Shown here: one piece after another, positions 58,907 through 64,000 of the stretch
Position numbering within the stretch: position 1 is the first letter of the stretch
Layout: every line of letters starts with the position of its first letter
Assembly (NCBI GenBank): GCA_036676985.1
Contig: JAKFBU010000044.1
Coordinates: 1 to 64,000, forward strand
DNA from: Candidatus Sericytochromatia bacterium
GTDB taxonomy: Bacteria; Cyanobacteriota; Sericytochromatia; S15B-MN24; UBA4093
DNA length: 64,000 nucleotides
Direction: 5' to 3'
Made by a program: the position numbers and the translations under genes
Notes under the pieces: model-generated
The model's database searches: none
Seen by the model: the letters and a program-made list of their open reading frames with translations, nothing else
Told to the model about the DNA's origin: nothing

Positions 58907-59608
58907 CTAGAAATTCCACTTCGCCTTCTTGGCGGTGCTGGTCCAGACCAGCTTGAAGTTCTCGTTCTTGAAGGCGTCGCCCGTCACCGATCCGATCCAG
59001 TTCTTCTGGACCAGCTCCTTGCCCGCACCGGCCTTCACGGCGTTGTTGGCGAGCTCCGTGCAGGACTGACGGGCCTCGTCCGAGAAGTTGAAATCGAAGT
59101 CGTAGGGTCTGCCGATCTGGTGGTTGGCGTAGTTCACGATCGACTGACTCTGGCTGGCGTTCAGGTTCTTGGCCCGGATGATCATGACATGGTCGCCCTC
59201 GGTCATGAAGTTCTTGAAAGGGGTCTTGTGGATGCCCTTGAAGGTCGCCTCGACCACCTCGCCCTTCCCCACGTAGACGCCGGCGTGTTTCCACCAGCTC
59301 GGGATGAACCAGTTGCCCGAGGTTCCCTCGGTCCGTCGGATGAGGATGTCGCCCGGCTTGACCTTGGCTTGCGCCTTGGCTGCCATGTCCTCGGTTACCG
59401 CGTGCACCTGGGCCTTGCCGACGTCGATGTTCGAGGCGAAGTTGATGATTTTCTTCTTGATCTGGTACCAGGTCGACTCGGTGGGAACCACATACACGGC
59501 CTGCTTGGCAGCCTTTTCAGCGACCTCCGCCATGGCTTTGGCGGGGATCTTCGGCATCTGGTACCGAACGACGGGCTTGAACGAATTGGCAATGGTCCGC
59601 GCGATCAT
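58907..59608 (-). CDS. Permuted papain-like NlpC/P60 amidase (YiiX/YebB type)
   Basis: PGDIL, HAGVY, GRPYDF, SCTEL. Confidence 0.85.
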   Translation of the reverse strand: MIARTIANSFKPVVRYQMPKIPAKAMAEVAEKAAKQAVYVVPTESTWYQIKKKIINFASNIDVGKAQVHAVTEDMAAKAQAKVKPGDILIRRTEGTSGNWFIPSWWKHAGVYVGKGEVVEATFKGIHKTPFKNFMTEGDHVMIIRAKNLNASQSQSIVNYANHQIGRPYDFDFNFSDEARQSCTELANNAVKAGAGKELVQKNWIGSVTGDAFKNENFKLVWTSTAKKAKWNF

Positions 59609-59738
59609 GGTTCACCTCGGATTCCCTGAGAAATGGCCTCATGGGTGTTATCGAGGTGTTAGGGTGAGTCTTTCTTAACGACGATTCAAGGTGTCGTAAA
59701 GCTTCGGCGATCGCGGCCCGGAGCGGCGGGCGTGGGGT

Positions 59739-60842
59739 CTATTCGGGGATGAAACCGTCGATCAGACGGCTCTTGAACTCGCGCTCGGTCTGCGACGTCT
59801 CGTAGCCCCATGGGTTGCGGTAGAGGACCCGGCCGTGCTCGAAGCCCGTCACGAGGATTTGGTGGGACTTCATCTTGTCGCTGTACGACAGGGCGCCTTG
59901 ATCGATGACGTTCTCGGCCTGGGAGCCGGGTGCATCCTCGAGATCCATGGTCATGATGTCCACGGGGACCTCTTTGCCGCTCAGGACGGCGGCCTTGACC
60001 GCGTCGAACACGCCCGCGCGCAGGCGCTCGGGCAGGATCAGGAGCCCCCCCGGACAGTCGCCGACGAGCTTGGCCTCTTTGCCGAGCACGTCCTCGTAGA
60101 GGTCCTTGATCTTGCCCTCGGCGATGCCCTGGTTGCCGATGTCGCGGACCAGGTCGTTGGCCTTGTCCGTGAGGCCCCCGACGATCTTCCCCCAGGTGCC
60201 CGTGGGACGCTCGTAGGTGAAGCTGTCGGTGCGGTTCGAGTAGCTGCCGCGCAGCTCGAAGCCGTGGTTGATGAAGGCGGACTGCATCAGGCGCTCGATG
60301 TCGTCGCGACTGGAGTCGTCGCGCGCGACGGCATCCTTGACCGGCGTCAGGGTGCTCCCGCCCTGCAGCTTGACGGGGCGATCGGCGGCGAGCTCGGCCA
60401 CGAGCCGGACGTACTCGCTCGGCTGGGTCCGCAGGAGGACGTACTGGACGGTCGTGGGGCCGCAGGTGTTGCGGTTGCTCTGGTTGATGACCGAGGAGTC
60501 GTTCAGGTGCTCGAGGGCCTGCCCGACGAGATCCTGGGTGGTGTAGGGGGCCTCCTTCGGCAACCGGGTGGCCGAGAGGGTCTCGAGGTTCGAAAGCAGG
60601 GTGTGGCCCTGGCTGTCACGGTTCGTGAGCTTGCCGTCGGCCATCAGCTTCGTGAGCCGGCTCTTGCCAGTCGCGGTGAGGGACCGGTACAGCGCCTGGA
60701 ATGTGGCTTGATCGGCGCTGGACAGTGGGCTCTTGCCCGTCCAGACGTCCCCGGTGCGGGCAGGCGTGGTCGCGGCAGGGGACGGCGCTGTCTTCAAGGG
60801 CGGCTGCCAGAATCGCTTGCCGATCGAAGCCAGTGTGTCCAT
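59739..60842 (-). CDS. Putative papain-fold cysteine peptidase
   Basis: INQSNRNTCG; HQILVTG; YRNPWG. Confidence 0.65.
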   Translation of the reverse strand: MDTLASIGKRFWQPPLKTAPSPAATTPARTGDVWTGKSPLSSADQATFQALYRSLTATGKSRLTKLMADGKLTNRDSQGHTLLSNLETLSATRLPKEAPYTTQDLVGQALEHLNDSSVINQSNRNTCGPTTVQYVLLRTQPSEYVRLVAELAADRPVKLQGGSTLTPVKDAVARDDSSRDDIERLMQSAFINHGFELRGSYSNRTDSFTYERPTGTWGKIVGGLTDKANDLVRDIGNQGIAEGKIKDLYEDVLGKEAKLVGDCPGGLLILPERLRAGVFDAVKAAVLSGKEVPVDIMTMDLEDAPGSQAENVIDQGALSYSDKMKSHQILVTGFEHGRVLYRNPWGYETSQTEREFKSRLIDGFIPE

Positions 60843-60982
60843 GCCCACTCCTTGCGCACGCCGACAAGGAGGTTATGCGGCGGATCGGCCGTGACTTTCT
60901 TAGCCGGGGGTTCAACTTGGGTTAAGCCCAAAACGCAACCGCCCCGGGACCGAGGTCCCGGGGCGGTTGCGAAGGGGTTGGA

Positions 60983-62467
60983 TTACCGGCTCCAGACGGC
61001 CTGGGCGGGGCCCCACTGGCCATTGGCGCCCTGGGCGCGGACCATGACGACCTGACGGCGCTCCGTGAGGGTCGTGGGCAGCGCGATCGCCGACCCGGCG
61101 GCCTGCATGCCCGAGCCCGGGTTGCCGATGTAGGCTTCCACGCGGCTGATGGGCTGCTTGGCCTGCACCTGGACGCGGCCGCCCGTGACCTGGACGTTGG
61201 TCAGCTCGGGACCGAAGACCGCGCCGGGGTTGTCGGCGGTCTTGAGCAGGTAGAGCGCACCCGAGCGGTTCTCGTCCCAGAACTTGCTCATGCGAGCGAA
61301 GGGGGGGTCGAAGTTGTCGCCCCACGAGCCGATCTCGGCGGTGTAGGAGAGGATGCCGAGCTCGCCGAAGGCCCAGTCGGTGGTGTCACCCGAGGTCTTG
61401 TAGAGGTCCTTGGACTGCTGGGGCTTGTAGCCGCTCAGCTGGCCGAGCTTCTGGCCGACGGCGATGAGGCGCTTGTCGGAAGGAGCCGCGTCCGTGTGAC
61501 CCCAGGGCCACAGGATCAGGTTGCTGAAGCTGTGGTAGGTCATCAGGTAGGTGAACTTCCGGCTCTTGACCAGATCGCGCACGGCCTGGGTCTCGGGCTC
61601 CGAGAAGGCGCTCGCGCCGCGGAAGGTCGCGTTGCGGGGATCGGTCGAGGCGCCGGGACCGCCCCACTTGAAGCCGTAGTTGCGGTTGAGGTCGATGCCG
61701 GGGCCGTTGGGGCCGACGGTGATGGGGCCGGCGATCAGGCTCGTGTTGGTGTTCTTGCGCCAGTCCACGCCGCGCTCGGCATGCTTGTGGCCGTCGGGGT
61801 TGACGGTGGGCGCGATCCAGATGTCGCGGCTGTCGACGAGCGCGGTGATTTCGGGATCCTTGCCGTAGTTGTCGAGCAGCAGGTGCGCGAGGTTGAGGGC
61901 GATCTCGGGGGTGACGATCTCGCGGGCGTGGTGGTTGGCCAGGAAGATCACGCCGGGCTTGTTGGCGGTGTCGCCGTGGCCGATCTTGATGACGTTCAGG
62001 TCATAGCCGCCGTTGCCCTGGGTCTTCTCCCAGCTGTCGCCGAAGTCCTCGACCTTGGCGAGCTGCGGGTACTTGGCCGCCAGGCCCTTGAGGTCCGCCT
62101 CGATCTGCTCGACGGTCTTGTAGCCCTTGTCGAAGGTGTTCTTGATGCGGCGGAAGGTCTCGGTCTTGAGGTTCAGGCGCTCGGCGACCTTGAGGGTCTC
62201 GGCGGTCGCGGAACCCTTGGCCCGGCCGTTCTCGACGCCCCAGACGTCGAAGCCCGCGTCCACCAGCTGGGTCAGCTGGTCCGCGTTCTCGTAGTGGATG
62301 ACCACGTTCGCCGTCCCGCTGGGGCTCGACGCCACCTGGGCGCGCGCCTTGCTCAGCTCGGTGGGATCCAGGCCCGCGCGGAGCGGGTTGGCCACTCCGC
62401 AGCCCGCCACGACGGCGACTGCGACGGCCATCGCGAGTTGGGAGCGCCAGGGGAAACGACGAGTCAT
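60983..62467 (-). CDS. M14 zinc carboxypeptidase (carboxypeptidase T-like), lipoprotein
   Basis: Lipobox VAGC; HHARE, DLNRNY, FSEPET, YHSFS. Confidence 0.92.
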   Translation of the reverse strand: MTRRFPWRSQLAMAVAVAVVAGCGVANPLRAGLDPTELSKARAQVASSPSGTANVVIHYENADQLTQLVDAGFDVWGVENGRAKGSATAETLKVAERLNLKTETFRRIKNTFDKGYKTVEQIEADLKGLAAKYPQLAKVEDFGDSWEKTQGNGGYDLNVIKIGHGDTANKPGVIFLANHHAREIVTPEIALNLAHLLLDNYGKDPEITALVDSRDIWIAPTVNPDGHKHAERGVDWRKNTNTSLIAGPITVGPNGPGIDLNRNYGFKWGGPGASTDPRNATFRGASAFSEPETQAVRDLVKSRKFTYLMTYHSFSNLILWPWGHTDAAPSDKRLIAVGQKLGQLSGYKPQQSKDLYKTSGDTTDWAFGELGILSYTAEIGSWGDNFDPPFARMSKFWDENRSGALYLLKTADNPGAVFGPELTNVQVTGGRVQVQAKQPISRVEAYIGNPGSGMQAAGSAIALPTTLTERRQVVMVRAQGANGQWGPAQAVWSR

Positions 62468-62645
62468 GCGTTCACCTCCGAAAGTCTCTTAACCAGAGGT
62501 TAAGCTTAATATAATCTCGCTTGAAAGTAAAGCGGGATCGAGCGGTGGGAAGTCATGACCGGGGGGCGCCCCCTGCCTTGTGAAACCCTGGTAAGTCGTC
62601 TAAAATGGGCGCGGTTCCTACATTCTATGGAGGTGCGGCGAGGGG

Positions 62646-63638
<993 letters not shown>

Positions 63639-63643
63639 GCTTC

Positions 63644-64000
63644 ATGGCTGAAAAGGCGGAGCTGGCGCGCCGGATCAAGCGCCTCGAGATCAAGACCACG
63701 CGGCTGGTCGCCAACATCTTCGGCGGCGAGTACCACAGCGTCTTCAAGGGCCGCGGCATCGACTTCGACGAGGTGCGCGAGTACCAGGAAGGCGACGACG
63801 TCCGGCTCATCGACTGGAACGTCACGGCCCGCATGGACCGCCTCTTCGTCAAGAAGTTCGTCGAGGAGCGCGAGCTGACGATCATGATCGCCGTGGACGT
63901 CTCGGCGTCCCTGGCCTTCGGCTCGAAGGAGCGTCTGAAGCGCGAGCTGGCGGCGGAGTTCGCGGCGGCGATCGCCCTTTCCGCCATGCAGAACCACGAT
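63644..64000 (+). CDS. DUF58 protein (partial, runs off the window)
   Basis: Read from sequence: GEYHSVFKGRGIDFDEVREYQEGDDVRLIDWNVTAR. Confidence 0.9.
   Translation, partial: MAEKAELARRIKRLEIKTTRLVANIFGGEYHSVFKGRGIDFDEVREYQEGDDVRLIDWNVTARMDRLFVKKFVEERELTIMIAVDVSASLAFGSKERLKRELAAEFAAAIALSAMQNHD

Overview
High-GC bacterial chromosomal window. The lineage is uncertain; a non-photosynthetic cyanobacterial relative such as Ca. Sericytochromatia is a guess. It carries housekeeping genes (aroF-tyrA-aroA-rpsA, gltX, tRNA-Val), two chemoreceptors plus cheW, histidine kinases, a general-stress/trehalose cluster, several exported hydrolases and small REP/MITE-like palindromes. The main feature is a ~17 kb polyhydroxyalkanoate (PHA) island at 41.9-58.8 kb. 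It holds two Bacillus-like class IV PhaR-PhaC synthases, two paralogous small phasin candidates, PhaB, 3-hydroxybutyrate dehydrogenase, an acyl-CoA ligase, an MFS transporter, a MetX-like esterase, two paralogous depolymerase candidates and a 1056-aa MalT-like STAND-TPR-wHTH-BTAD regulator. Seven promoters in the island share one spacing pattern, YGTAAC-N5-YGTAAC-N10 followed by a -10-like hexamer. This points to a SARP-type activator regulon for PHA cycling that I do not recognise as described. Other candidates are an operon pairing a bacterial EDR1/CTR1-like domain with a Ser/Thr kinase and a TPR protein, a twin-hairpin sRNA with its own promoter and CsrA-like GGA motifs, a non-OtsB phosphatase coupled to otsA, and LexA-, CsoR- and sigma28-like sites. 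All calls come from reading the sequence; no database searches were run.
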